Shown one piece after another: positions 46,515-54,617 of a DNA stretch of 64,000 nt. The stretch spans positions 4,027-68,026 of the forward strand of contig JAXMKZ010000022.1 in the NCBI GenBank assembly GCA_034370385.1, given 5' to 3'. Origin of the DNA: Coriobacteriia bacterium. Lineage in GTDB: Bacteria; Actinomycetota; Coriobacteriia; Anaerosomatales; PHET01. The notes under the pieces are model-generated. The model saw only the letters and a list, made by a program, of their open reading frames with translations, had not been told where the DNA came from and made no database searches. The position numbers were made by a program, and so were the translations under genes. Position 1 is the stretch's first letter; every line of letters starts with the position of its first letter.

Positions 46515-46958
46515 CTAGTCCTGGATGCCGATGAGCTGCCAGGTGTTCTCTGATCGGTCGAAGACCAGATCGTAGACACCGCCACGCGCGAGCACACGCC
46601 AGTAACGGCGTGAGACGTGTCGTCGCGGATCCCACCAAGCGCGCTCTGACGACCAGACCTGCAGCACGGCGTCTACGCCGAACCTCCTGGTCCCACGTAT
46701 GAATGCGAGCGGGCATCCACGCCCGGTATCCCACTCCACGACGATGTCCTCGGCCACACGTTTCGGAGCGACCGAGCCATCGCGGCGCACGAGATCGGAG
46801 GCACTGAGTATCCAGGGGCTGGCGAGCAACTCGACGATGATCGGTAGCTTCGATATTCGACCACCATCGAACAGTTCGAGTGGCTGACCTGAACGAGCAC
46901 CGTTGAAACGCTTGATTTCGGCGTTGCGACCCATTCCCACCATTCCTTGCGCAGTCAT
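46515..46958 (-). CDS. Small ImuB-C-terminal-like protein (DUF6504-like)
   Basis: 147 aa from the ATG at 46958; alternative starts at 46943 or 46934. The C-terminus PLAFIRGTRRFGVDAVLQVWSSERAWWDPRRHVSRRYWRVLARGGVYDLVFDRSENTWQLIGIQD resembles, as recalled, the ...PERI..WWD...RDYF...G..WLF.D.....W.L.G tail of ImuB proteins. Its stop TAG abuts the dnaE2 GTG. Confidence 0.6.
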   Translation of the reverse strand: MTAQGMVGMGRNAEIKRFNGARSGQPLELFDGGRISKLPIIVELLASPWILSASDLVRRDGSVAPKRVAEDIVVEWDTGRGCPLAFIRGTRRFGVDAVLQVWSSERAWWDPRRHVSRRYWRVLARGGVYDLVFDRSENTWQLIGIQD

Positions 46959-46995
46959 CGACCCCGGTTGATCGCGCGTGACGCGCCACGGTTCG

Positions 46996-47024
46996 ACTAT
47001 ACCGAACATATGTTCGGTCTACAA
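46996..47024 (-). promoter_or_regulatory. SOS promoter with embedded LexA (Cheo-type) box
   Basis: Minus strand: TTGTAG-accGAACATATGTTCgg-TATAGT, i.e. -35 and -10 hexamers separated by 17 nt. The spacer contains the perfect palindrome CGAACATATGTTCG (47003-47016). Confidence 0.8.
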
Positions 47025-47061
47025 GGTATACCAGGAGTCTGACAACGGAGTAGCGGCTTGA

Positions 47062-48399
47062 TCAGTTGAGTCCGGATGGGCCTCGGCGACGCTTGGAGCG
47101 TGGGTCCTCGGCGTGCACGAACACCTTCACGCTTCCCGCGTCGAGCGCACCCAGAAGCCCTTGGACCACGCTGGCGTCGAACTGGGCGCCCGCACACCGA
47201 ACAAGTTCGGCCCGCGCCACCTCAGCCGATATTGGCGTTCGATACGGCCTCTCTGACGTCATCGCATCAAAGGCATCGGCCACCGACAGAATGCGAGCAG
47301 CCAGCGGAATCCGCTCCCCCGCCAACCCATCAGGGTACCCCCTGCCGTCCCATCGTTCGTGGTGACCCCTGACGATCGGCATGAGGCCTGCGAGGAACGG
47401 CACCGACTCGAGAATGTGCCCACCCATCTCCGAGTGCTCACTCATGACACGAAACTCATCGTCGGTCAGCTTCGCTGGCTTGAGGAGAATAGTCTCCGGG
47501 GTGCCGATCTTGCCCACATCGTGCAGAAGCGCTGCGCGCTCGACGTCAGCGACCTCTTCGTCAGAGAAGCCCATCTGGCGAGCGATCGCCACAGCGTAGT
47601 CCGTGACCGCGATCGAATGGCGCGCCGTGTAGCTGTCCTTGGCGTCAACGGCGGCCACCAGCGCCTGGAGCGTGCCCACGGAGTGAAGCTCCATGTCCTC
47701 GAGGGAATGCCGCAGTCTCCGGTTGACCTCAGAGAGGTCCCCCTGGATCGATGTCAACTCATCGGCAGTGCGCTTCACCAGGGTGAGCTGAAGGAAATAG
47801 GCCGGTACCGAACCGGCGATGATGATTCCCCAGATAAGCAGCAGGAACTGATTGATCGACTGCTCCACCGGCCGGTAGTCCTGATAGATCTCGAAGACGC
47901 CCACCGTCTCGCTGTCGACGCGCAGCGGCGCATAGACCTCGAGCACGCTACCCGCCTCTTCGAGTTGAGCTCGGTTCTCCTCGCGTTCAGCGGGTTCAAC
48001 CTCCACCACGGTCTCGCCGGCGAGTGCCTTGCGTAGCGACGGATGATCCGCAAACGATCTCCCCTCGTCCACGTTGTCCGAAGAGAAGAGGAGAACGCCG
48101 TCACGGTTCCACAGCTTGACCGCGGTCACATTCGAATCAACCAGATCCCTCGTCGTGAGGGAATCAAGTTCCGCCTGAATGCTCTCGGGCAGCGGTACGA
48201 CTGACAGATCTTGGTCTGCCACGACATGCGTGACCATGGCCCCCGCAGTCACTTGGGCGGTACGAGCAGCCGTGGTGACGAACAGCTGCTGCACCGCGTA
48301 GGTGATGGCGACTCCCAGCACCAGAGCCATCGCGACGACGAACACGAGACTGCGCAAGGCGAACTGCTGGATGAGGGTCATCTTCCTCATGGCGCACAT
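47062..48399 (-). CDS. Membrane-bound HD-GYP domain protein (putative c-di-GMP phosphodiesterase) with periplasmic sensor and HAMP-like linker
   Basis: 445 aa. Two TM segments flank a ~150-aa extracytoplasmic region. C-terminal HSIAVTDYAV...LLHDVGKIG...GHHERWDGRGYPDG. Confidence 0.85.
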   Translation of the reverse strand: MCAMRKMTLIQQFALRSLVFVVAMALVLGVAITYAVQQLFVTTAARTAQVTAGAMVTHVVADQDLSVVPLPESIQAELDSLTTRDLVDSNVTAVKLWNRDGVLLFSSDNVDEGRSFADHPSLRKALAGETVVEVEPAEREENRAQLEEAGSVLEVYAPLRVDSETVGVFEIYQDYRPVEQSINQFLLLIWGIIIAGSVPAYFLQLTLVKRTADELTSIQGDLSEVNRRLRHSLEDMELHSVGTLQALVAAVDAKDSYTARHSIAVTDYAVAIARQMGFSDEEVADVERAALLHDVGKIGTPETILLKPAKLTDDEFRVMSEHSEMGGHILESVPFLAGLMPIVRGHHERWDGRGYPDGLAGERIPLAARILSVADAFDAMTSERPYRTPISAEVARAELVRCAGAQFDASVVQGLLGALDAGSVKVFVHAEDPRSKRRRGPSGLN

Positions 48400-49034
48400 T
48401 CAACCGTGACAAGCCGCGCGACATCCGCCGAAACCGGGCGGACCTCGCCGTCGATCTCGATCGATAGGGGCCCACCGAGCGGCTCGCGCGCGATCAAGCT
48501 GACCTTGGCTCCCGGCTTGAGCCCGATCTGCCCGAGGTAGCCGAGGGTCGTCTCCTCTTCGGATACTCTCAGCACAACGGCACGATCGCCCACGGACAGA
48601 GCGTCAAGCGGCTGACCCGGCGAGTGCGAGACGCTGCCGTCCGCGGCCGGAATCGGATGTCCGTGCGGGCAGACCGACGGATCGCCAAGAAACCGCTCAA
48701 GGGCGGCCAGCACCCGGGGGGACAGTGCGTGTTCGAGCAGACAGGCTTCCTCGTGAGCGGCGTCCCAGTCCAATCCGAGCACATCGACAAGGAACCTCTC
48801 GGCCAGGCGGTGGCGGCGCACGATGTCGAGAGACTCTGCGACACCCTCCGGAGTCAACAACACCTCAGTGCCCCTGCGAAACACCAACCCGCGCGATTCG
48901 AGCCGTTTGAGCGTGGCCGTGACCGTAGGGCCCGAGACCCCGATCGCTTCAGCGATCCGACTGGGTCTGACCACGCCATCCTGAGACTGCTTGTAGATGG
49001 TCTCGAGGTACTCCTCGAGCGTGGAAGTGGGCAA
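48387..49034 (-). CDS. DtxR/IdeR/MntR family metal-dependent repressor with C-terminal FeoA/SH3-like domain
   Basis: 215 aa, TTG start after aaagga. Contains LEEYLETIYK, VSGPTVTATLKRLESRGLV, RRHRLAERFL and HALSP...CPHGHPIP. Overlaps the HD-GYP gene by 13 nt. Confidence 0.88.
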   Translation of the reverse strand: MPTSTLEEYLETIYKQSQDGVVRPSRIAEAIGVSGPTVTATLKRLESRGLVFRRGTEVLLTPEGVAESLDIVRRHRLAERFLVDVLGLDWDAAHEEACLLEHALSPRVLAALERFLGDPSVCPHGHPIPAADGSVSHSPGQPLDALSVGDRAVVLRVSEEETTLGYLGQIGLKPGAKVSLIAREPLGGPLSIEIDGEVRPVSADVARLVTVECAP

Positions 49035-49261
49035 GCGGACCGTCCTTTGGACAGGGGGGACTCAGGTACGACATCCATAATAGAGCCTTTCCCACGGCAA
49101 GTTCCATTCCTCCAACGCCCCCCTTATCGCGCGATCTCCCGCAATGCCGTTGGTACCCACATGCGTTCCGTTCGTCGCTCATTGCGAACCTTTTGTCAGC
49201 AACTGAAGAAATTCTGCGAATTACCGTTGACAGCCTGAGGCGGCGGGAATACATTACTCGT

Positions 49262-49520
49262 GTCCCGAGAAGTCGGACGCAGCAAGACTCCGGAAGATGG
49301 TGTACCAGTAGCCGCCGGAGAGGGATCTGAGGAAGGTCGGCAAGCCGCGAGGTGGCCGTTCCGGAGACAGGGCCTCGAAGGAGGGAAACCCGCAAGGGCG
49401 ATTCGCAAGAGTCGTGGGAAGCCGGTTCGAGTAGGAGACTTGTGGGCGAGGTTTCTCGGGACAACTATATTCTCAGGCTGGACCAACGAAACGGCCCCTC
49501 ATCGAGGGGCCGTTTCGTGT
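49262..49520 (+). ncRNA. Candidate structured non-coding RNA of unknown class (~260 nt)
   Basis: Near-consensus promoter TTGACA-17-TACATT (49227-49255). A closing helix gtcccgagaa (49263-72) / ttctcgggac (49453-62) and a second helix caagactcc (49283-91) / ggagacttg (49434-42). Internal tetraloop hairpins ccc-gcaa-ggg (49389-98) and cgg-caag-ccg (49338-47). A 13-bp terminator hairpin lies at 49488-49516. There is no plausible ORF and no downstream plus-strand gene. Confidence 0.45.
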
Positions 49521-49550
49521 TGCGGCGCCCGCTGATCTTCGCTGCGTGCC

Positions 49551-49922
49551 TTACGGACGGTAGACCAACTTGGCAACCGGCGACTCCCACACCGCGACCT
49601 CAGTGACGCGGACACGTGGGTCGACCATGCCCGACAGCCGCTGCCAGATCACGCGAGCAAGGTTCTCTGCGGTCGGTGATTCGGTGTCGAACGGCCCAAC
49701 CTCGTTGATCAGCACATGATCGTAGTCTGCAAGCACCGCCGCCAGATCGGCTTTGAGTCTCTTGAAGTCGTAGACGATACCGATGTCATCCAACGCTTCC
49801 CCTGAGACCGTCGCTTCGACCTCCCACGTGTGTCCGTGCAGGTTCCGGCACTCGCCCGGGTAGTCGTAGAGATGATGAGCCGCGTCGAAGTGGTCCTTCA
49901 CGGTGAGTTCGTAGGTGCCCAC
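49551..49922 (-). CDS. queD: 6-carboxy-5,6,7,8-tetrahydropterin synthase
   Basis: 123 aa with FDAAHHL and ECRNLHGHTWEVE (Cys-x3-His-x-His zinc/catalytic motif). Confidence 0.9.
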   Translation of the reverse strand: MGTYELTVKDHFDAAHHLYDYPGECRNLHGHTWEVEATVSGEALDDIGIVYDFKRLKADLAAVLADYDHVLINEVGPFDTESPTAENLARVIWQRLSGMVDPRVRVTEVAVWESPVAKLVYRP

Positions 49923-49939
49923 AGTGCTCTCCTTCTGAC

Positions 49940-50398
49940 TTAGAACAGACTGCCTCGCTCGCTTGGCTCGGCGGGCATGAACGACGGGTTTCCAACCGTG
50001 GCCTGCTCGTCCATGGCAGCGTTGGCCATAGCATCGGCATCGGCGTTGTTCTCGCGTCGCACGTGGGTGACGGTGTATTCGTCGAATCCTCTCAGCAGCG
50101 CCATCGCGCTCAGAAACAGCGGCTTGAGGCCTGCGTTCTTGACCCGGTACGCCCCCTGAAGCTGCTTGACCACCAGCTCTGAATCCGCGTTGACCGCGAC
50201 AGCAGTGAAGCCGAGCTCACGAACGTTCTCCAGGCCCCAGATGAGCGCCTCATACTCGGCCACATTGTTCGTCGTCGACCCGAGGTACCGACCGCCGCGA
50301 CACACGATCTCGCCGTCGGCCTCGATGACGAATCCGGCCCCGGCCGGCCCCGGATTCCCTCGTGCGCCACCGTCGGTGTGCAGGACCGCTCGACTCAC
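49940..50398 (-). CDS. RNase H (type 1) family protein
   Basis: LHTDGGARGNPGPAG, NNVAEYEALIWGL and ADSELVVKQL. The GTG at 50398 forms a GTGA overlap with the upstream stop; the track ATG at 50443 is an alternative. Confidence 0.8.
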   Translation of the reverse strand: MSRAVLHTDGGARGNPGPAGAGFVIEADGEIVCRGGRYLGSTTNNVAEYEALIWGLENVRELGFTAVAVNADSELVVKQLQGAYRVKNAGLKPLFLSAMALLRGFDEYTVTHVRRENNADADAMANAAMDEQATVGNPSFMPAEPSERGSLF

Positions 50399-51117
50399 GC
50401 TGACTCCGATCGGACCACGATCAATCGCCGACACTGGGGACACACACCCACTTGCGGACCTTCAAGCAGGTCACGGACTCGTTCGGCGGGAAGGCTCATA
50501 TGGCAGGCGGTGCACGACGCGCCATCCAGTCGTCCGGCACCTATGCCACCATGCACATCCCGGGCCTTCTCGTAGCGAGCGAGCAGGTCCGCCCCCACCA
50601 CAGCCTCCAGCCGGACCCGTTGGGACTTGAACTGGGCGATCTCGTCTTGCAGGGCACCGCCGACCTGCTTATAGCGCGTAACCAGACCGGACTCCGACTG
50701 GGTGAGCTTCTCGAGGTGAGCATCCACCGTGGCGATCTGCGACGCCGCCTTATCGATGCGCTCCATGTACTGGATGGATTCCATCTCGAGCTTGTCCACG
50801 CGCCGCCTCAACCCGTCCATCTCGCGTGTCAGCGCCTGGATCTGACGGTGGTCGGTGGTGACCATGATCTTGTTCTGCTCAGTGTCCATCTTCGCGGTGA
50901 TTGATGCGATCTCGTCCTGACGGCTCTTGAGTTCGGACTGGAGTTTGCGATCAAGAAGCGCCGCCTTCTCGCGCAAGGCCACCATCTCCTTGAGCCGCGC
51001 TCGAGCCTCAAGAATGGCCCTCTTCTCGGGCAACTCCTCCAAACGCTTCTCGGCGCGGAGGATCTCCACGTCGACCGACTGGAGTGCGAGCAATGACTCG
51101 GCGGGGCCAGACGACAT
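50395..51117 (-). CDS. Coiled-coil plus C4 zinc-ribbon protein (COG1579 / DUF164 type)
   Basis: About 200 aa of coiled coil, then CTACHMSLP...CPQCRRLI. The position between Nif3 and RNase H matches the conserved actinobacterial Rv2230c-Rv2229c-Rv2228c-like cluster, as recalled. Confidence 0.8.
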   Translation of the reverse strand: MSSGPAESLLALQSVDVEILRAEKRLEELPEKRAILEARARLKEMVALREKAALLDRKLQSELKSRQDEIASITAKMDTEQNKIMVTTDHRQIQALTREMDGLRRRVDKLEMESIQYMERIDKAASQIATVDAHLEKLTQSESGLVTRYKQVGGALQDEIAQFKSQRVRLEAVVGADLLARYEKARDVHGGIGAGRLDGASCTACHMSLPAERVRDLLEGPQVGVCPQCRRLIVVRSESA

Positions 51118-51128
51118 GCGGTCTCCTT

Positions 51129-52244
51129 CTACGGGGTCCACCAAGCGGTTGAAGCATTCATTTCGTAGATGCGGTCAGGCTCGATGCCCGCAACCCCGCG
51201 TACCACCTGGGCGAGCAGACCGACAAGCGGCCACTCCGAAACGTCGTGACCGATCTCGACCACTGCGAGCCCTCGCTCAAGCGCCTCGGTCGCGTCATGA
51301 TAGCGCACCTCCCCCGCCACAAGGGCTGTTGCTCCGGCCGCGATCGCGTCGTGGATGAGGGACCCCGCCGAACCGGTGGCGCAGGCCACACGGCCAATCG
51401 GCGAAGACGCCTCGCCCCAGACCCGCGGCTTCACGCAAAACGCAGCCGCGGCACGCCCCACGAGGTCGGCCAGAGTGAAGCCCTCGCTCGCTTCACACAG
51501 CATGCCGAGGGCCGAAGCGTTGCGTGATCGAAGCACTTCCGTGACGGTGATGAGCGGCTCCTCGTACGGGTGCGAGGCTCGAGCGGCTGCTACCACCCGA
51601 ACCGAAAGCGGCCGAGACGTGATCATCTCGAGCCGAACCTCTTCGACGTTCGTCGGCTGACCCGCCACGCCGACAGCGGGATCTGCGCCGTCGTCGGCGG
51701 TGAAGCGACCGATACCCGTACAACTGAACGAGCACGCTTGGTACCTGCCAACAGCGCCACCGCCGGCTCCGCTCATCGCATCAGCCACCTCATCGGCCGA
51801 CTTCAGCGGGACATACACGGTCACAACCGCACAGGGTTGAGCCGAGCGTTCGATAGGGGCGACGGGAGTGAGTCCGAGAAGTGAAGGTATCAGCCTCTGC
51901 GCCCCTGGATCGCGGTCCAGGTTCGTGTGGGCGTTGATGAGGCTCACCCCCTTCGACAGGGCTCGAAACACCGTCCCCCCGCCGCCTGGTGCACCGCGCA
52001 CCGGTGCGACAGGATCGAGAAATGCCGGATGGTGCGTCACCAACACGTTTGCTCCCCGCCGGTGCGCTTCATCGATCGCCTCCGGTGACGGGTCAAGGGC
52101 AAGCACCACCCCCGTGACCTCGGCGAGCGGGTCGCCGGCAAGAAGGCCGATGCGATCCCATCCCTCGGCACGGTCAGCGGGAAAGGCGCGCACGACCGCA
52201 CGCTCGACATCGCCCACGGTCACGCGCGTCATAGGTGAACCCAT
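51129..52244 (-). CDS. Nif3-like dinuclear metal centre protein
   Basis: 371 aa. Contains VLVTHHPAF and INAHTNLD, with a PII-like insertion in the middle as in long Nif3 homologs. Confidence 0.85.
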   Translation of the reverse strand: MGSPMTRVTVGDVERAVVRAFPADRAEGWDRIGLLAGDPLAEVTGVVLALDPSPEAIDEAHRRGANVLVTHHPAFLDPVAPVRGAPGGGGTVFRALSKGVSLINAHTNLDRDPGAQRLIPSLLGLTPVAPIERSAQPCAVVTVYVPLKSADEVADAMSGAGGGAVGRYQACSFSCTGIGRFTADDGADPAVGVAGQPTNVEEVRLEMITSRPLSVRVVAAARASHPYEEPLITVTEVLRSRNASALGMLCEASEGFTLADLVGRAAAAFCVKPRVWGEASSPIGRVACATGSAGSLIHDAIAAGATALVAGEVRYHDATEALERGLAVVEIGHDVSEWPLVGLLAQVVRGVAGIEPDRIYEMNASTAWWTP

Positions 52245-53044
52245 CTGACTTCGCCCCCTCCCATCGGTAGCCCCACGCGATCGAACCCCGCCACAACCAG
52301 CGCTTCGTAGGCGGCATCGATACGGAATCCCACCTCCGCGGGGCTGTGCGCATCCGAGCCTGCCGTCGCTGCGACGCCTTGATCGGCGAAGTGGGCCAGC
52401 AGCGCAGGACCGGGATAGATCTCACCCACCGGCTTGCGCAGACCGCCTGTGGACACCTCGACCATGACACAACCCTCTCGGGCGGCCACCGCAGCCTCAC
52501 GATACAGGTCGGACGGATCGTAGCTCGTCTTATGCCCGAACTTCTTGGGCAGGTCCGGGTGCGCCATGACGCCAAAGCGCCCACTGCGTGCGGCAACACA
52601 CCACGTGGCGAAGTAGCTCTCCCAGACGGCATCCGCTCCCTGACGTTCCCACTCGTCGAGATGATCGGGGCTGTCGAAGGGCCACTCCCCGAGGAAATGC
52701 ACGCTACCAAGGAGCACTTCGACTCCGGCCGCGGAGGCGGTATCGAGCTGGTGCTGCATGGCCTCGGGGTGCCCCGGAAGCCAGTCGGCCTCTGCGCCCA
52801 GGACGATTTGAAGACCCCGGGACGAATCGGCCTGCTCGCGAACCACGCGTGCGTACTCGAGGAACGCGGCGGCTGACGGGGCGAAGAGGCCGCCGGTGTT
52901 CAGCGCATCGGGCAAAGGGAGGTGCTCGGTCATCACGATGCCAATCAACCCGGCGCTCAGGGCCGCATCCACGGCCTGCGACACCGATCCGGTCGCGTGC
53001 CCGCAGCACTGGGTGTGGATGTGACAGTCGATCAGCTCGCGCAC
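52229..53044 (-). CDS. PHP-family phosphatase (HisJ/histidinol-phosphatase type)
   Basis: 271 aa starting MRELIDCHIHTQCCGHA. Further His/Asp metal ligands are spaced as in PHP histidinol phosphatases. Confidence 0.72.
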   Translation of the reverse strand: MRELIDCHIHTQCCGHATGSVSQAVDAALSAGLIGIVMTEHLPLPDALNTGGLFAPSAAAFLEYARVVREQADSSRGLQIVLGAEADWLPGHPEAMQHQLDTASAAGVEVLLGSVHFLGEWPFDSPDHLDEWERQGADAVWESYFATWCVAARSGRFGVMAHPDLPKKFGHKTSYDPSDLYREAAVAAREGCVMVEVSTGGLRKPVGEIYPGPALLAHFADQGVAATAGSDAHSPAEVGFRIDAAYEALVVAGFDRVGLPMGGGEVRWVHL

Positions 53045-54090
53045 TCGATCACTCCCCCGCCTAGGACACGGTCTCCACGGTAGCAGACAACGCTTTGGCC
53101 GGGCGCTGCAGCTCCCACGTCATCGCCGAAGTTCACGGTGAGTGAATCCCCGGCATAGCGAGCGGTGGCCGCCGCGGGCGTCATCCGATAGCGGACCTGT
53201 GCCGTGCACACTTCGCTTGCTGCACCGGACCACACGGGCTGGGCGGCGATGATGGTTCTGGCGGAAACGGAATCACGGTGACCGACCACGATGCGGTTCG
53301 AAGCGGGGTCCATGGACACGACGAACCACGGGCCGTCGGGACCCCCGATGTCAAGCCCCCTGCGCTGACCGATCGTGTAGTGGGCCAGTCCCCGATGGCT
53401 TCCGATGACGTCGCCTGTCTGCGTGACGAACTCCCCGGGGACCAAAGCGCGGGGTCGCCGTGCAGCGACGATGGGTGCGTACCCACCGGAGGATGCAAAG
53501 CAGGTGTCCTGGCTCTCTGAGCGCTCGGCCGTCCGCAGGCCGAAGCGCGCGGCACGTGCACGAACCTCCTGCTTGCCGAGGCCCCCGACAGGAAACAGGA
53601 TGCGATCCATCTGTATCCGGGTGAGGCGATAGAGGAAGTAGCTCTGATCCTTATCCGGGTCGGTCCCACGTGCGAGCCATGTGGAGCCCGTTGCATCGCG
53701 TACGATCCTGGCGTAGTGCCCGGTGGCAAGGAACTCCGCGCCCTGCGCGATGACTCCTGCCATCAGATCGGAGAACTTCAGCTGATCGTTGCATGCGATA
53801 CACGGATTGGGAGTGCGTCCCTGCGCATAGGCGTCGGCGAACGGGCCGATCACGTGCCGCTCGAAACTGTCCCGGAAGTCCAGGGTGTGGTGCGCGATGC
53901 CGAGGTCGTCACAGACTTGCCGCGCATCCCTCGTCGCAGACCCGAAGCAGCACTCTCCCTCTTCGTCGCCGGACGGCAGCAGTTGCATGGTCACGCCGGT
54001 GACCTCGTGGCCCGATTCGACGAGAAGCGCAGCCGCTACCGAGGAATCCACGCCACCGCTCATGGCAACCCACACCCGCGCCACCGTCAC
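53032..54090 (-). CDS. mnmA: tRNA 2-thiouridine(34) synthase
   Basis: 352 aa. PP-loop VAMSGGVDSSVAA and catalytic Cys contexts NPCIACN and DTCF. Confidence 0.9.
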   Translation of the reverse strand: MTVARVWVAMSGGVDSSVAAALLVESGHEVTGVTMQLLPSGDEEGECCFGSATRDARQVCDDLGIAHHTLDFRDSFERHVIGPFADAYAQGRTPNPCIACNDQLKFSDLMAGVIAQGAEFLATGHYARIVRDATGSTWLARGTDPDKDQSYFLYRLTRIQMDRILFPVGGLGKQEVRARAARFGLRTAERSESQDTCFASSGGYAPIVAARRPRALVPGEFVTQTGDVIGSHRGLAHYTIGQRRGLDIGGPDGPWFVVSMDPASNRIVVGHRDSVSARTIIAAQPVWSGAASEVCTAQVRYRMTPAAATARYAGDSLTVNFGDDVGAAAPGQSVVCYRGDRVLGGGVIECAS

Positions 54091-54118
54091 CGCACTCCTC
54101 GCCGCACGCTAGTGGGGC

Positions 54119-54589
54119 CTAGACCTCGCAGTCTGAGTCGTGCTCGTGATCGTCCTCGTCGGCATGGGGGTCGAAGTTCGGATCTGCGCTCTTGATCTCG
54201 CCTGAGATCGGCTCGCGATGGTGCTTGGTGAGGTAGTCGTCCACCGCCACCTTCAGACCGTCAGTGGCAAGCACCGAACAGTGCATCTTCGCAGGAGGCA
54301 GACCTCCGAGCTCGTCAGCCACCTGCTGCTTGGAGATTGCCGCCGCCTCTTCGAGGCTCATGCCCTTCGCCATCTCCGTGACGATGGATGATGTGGCGAT
54401 AGCTGCGCCACAGCCCAGGGTCTGGAACTTCACGTCGGTGATGTGATCGTCGGGATCCACAGCGATCGTGATCTTCATCATGTCGCCGCACACCGGATTG
54501 CCGACCTCACCCACCCCATCGGCTTGCTCGATGACGCCCACGTTGCGGGGGTTGTTGAAATGATCCATGACCTTATCGGAGTAGAGCAC
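54119..54589 (-). CDS. nifU: Fe-S cluster assembly scaffold IscU/NifU-like, with acidic/His-rich C-terminal tail
   Basis: A GTG at 54589 (aaagga upstream) gives (M)LYSDKVMDHFNNPRNVG. The three scaffold Cys sit in NPVCGDMM, LGCGAAIA and MHCSVLA. The long track ORF (to 54856) overlaps nifS and is rejected. Confidence 0.88.
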   Translation of the reverse strand: MLYSDKVMDHFNNPRNVGVIEQADGVGEVGNPVCGDMMKITIAVDPDDHITDVKFQTLGCGAAIATSSIVTEMAKGMSLEEAAAISKQQVADELGGLPPAKMHCSVLATDGLKVAVDDYLTKHHREPISGEIKSADPNFDPHADEDDHEHDSDCEV

Positions 54590-54617
54590 GGCGCTTCGTT
54601 CCTTTCGGGTGATTCGG

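Noticed and set aside
46959-47009. Track start (47009) of the ImuB-tail-like ORF
   Set aside because: That ATG lies inside the LexA palindrome and upstream of the -10 hexamer, so it is unlikely to be on the transcript.
49262-49520. Assigning the RNA candidate to SRP RNA, tmRNA or a tandem glycine riboswitch
   Set aside because: It lacks the SRP helix-8 GGUCCGGAAGGAAGCAGCC core, and it lacks the tmRNA GGGG...UCCACCA ends and tag ORF. The two CCGGAGA(G/C)...GAAGG elements recall glycine aptamers, but the P2 hairpins and the CUCAGGCAAAAGGAC-type 3' elements are missing and no regulated gene follows.
49260-49535. 91-aa ORF as a protein-coding gene
   Set aside because: It starts at the predicted transcription start and reads through the terminator hairpin. 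The product is Arg/Gly-rich without hydrophobic core pattern, and codon bias is unconvincing.
49551-49935. preQ1 riboswitch associated with queD
   Set aside because: queD is the last gene of a co-directional string (Nif3, zinc-ribbon protein, RNase H, queD) with only 17 nt upstream. There is no room for a riboswitch and no preQ1-type motif.
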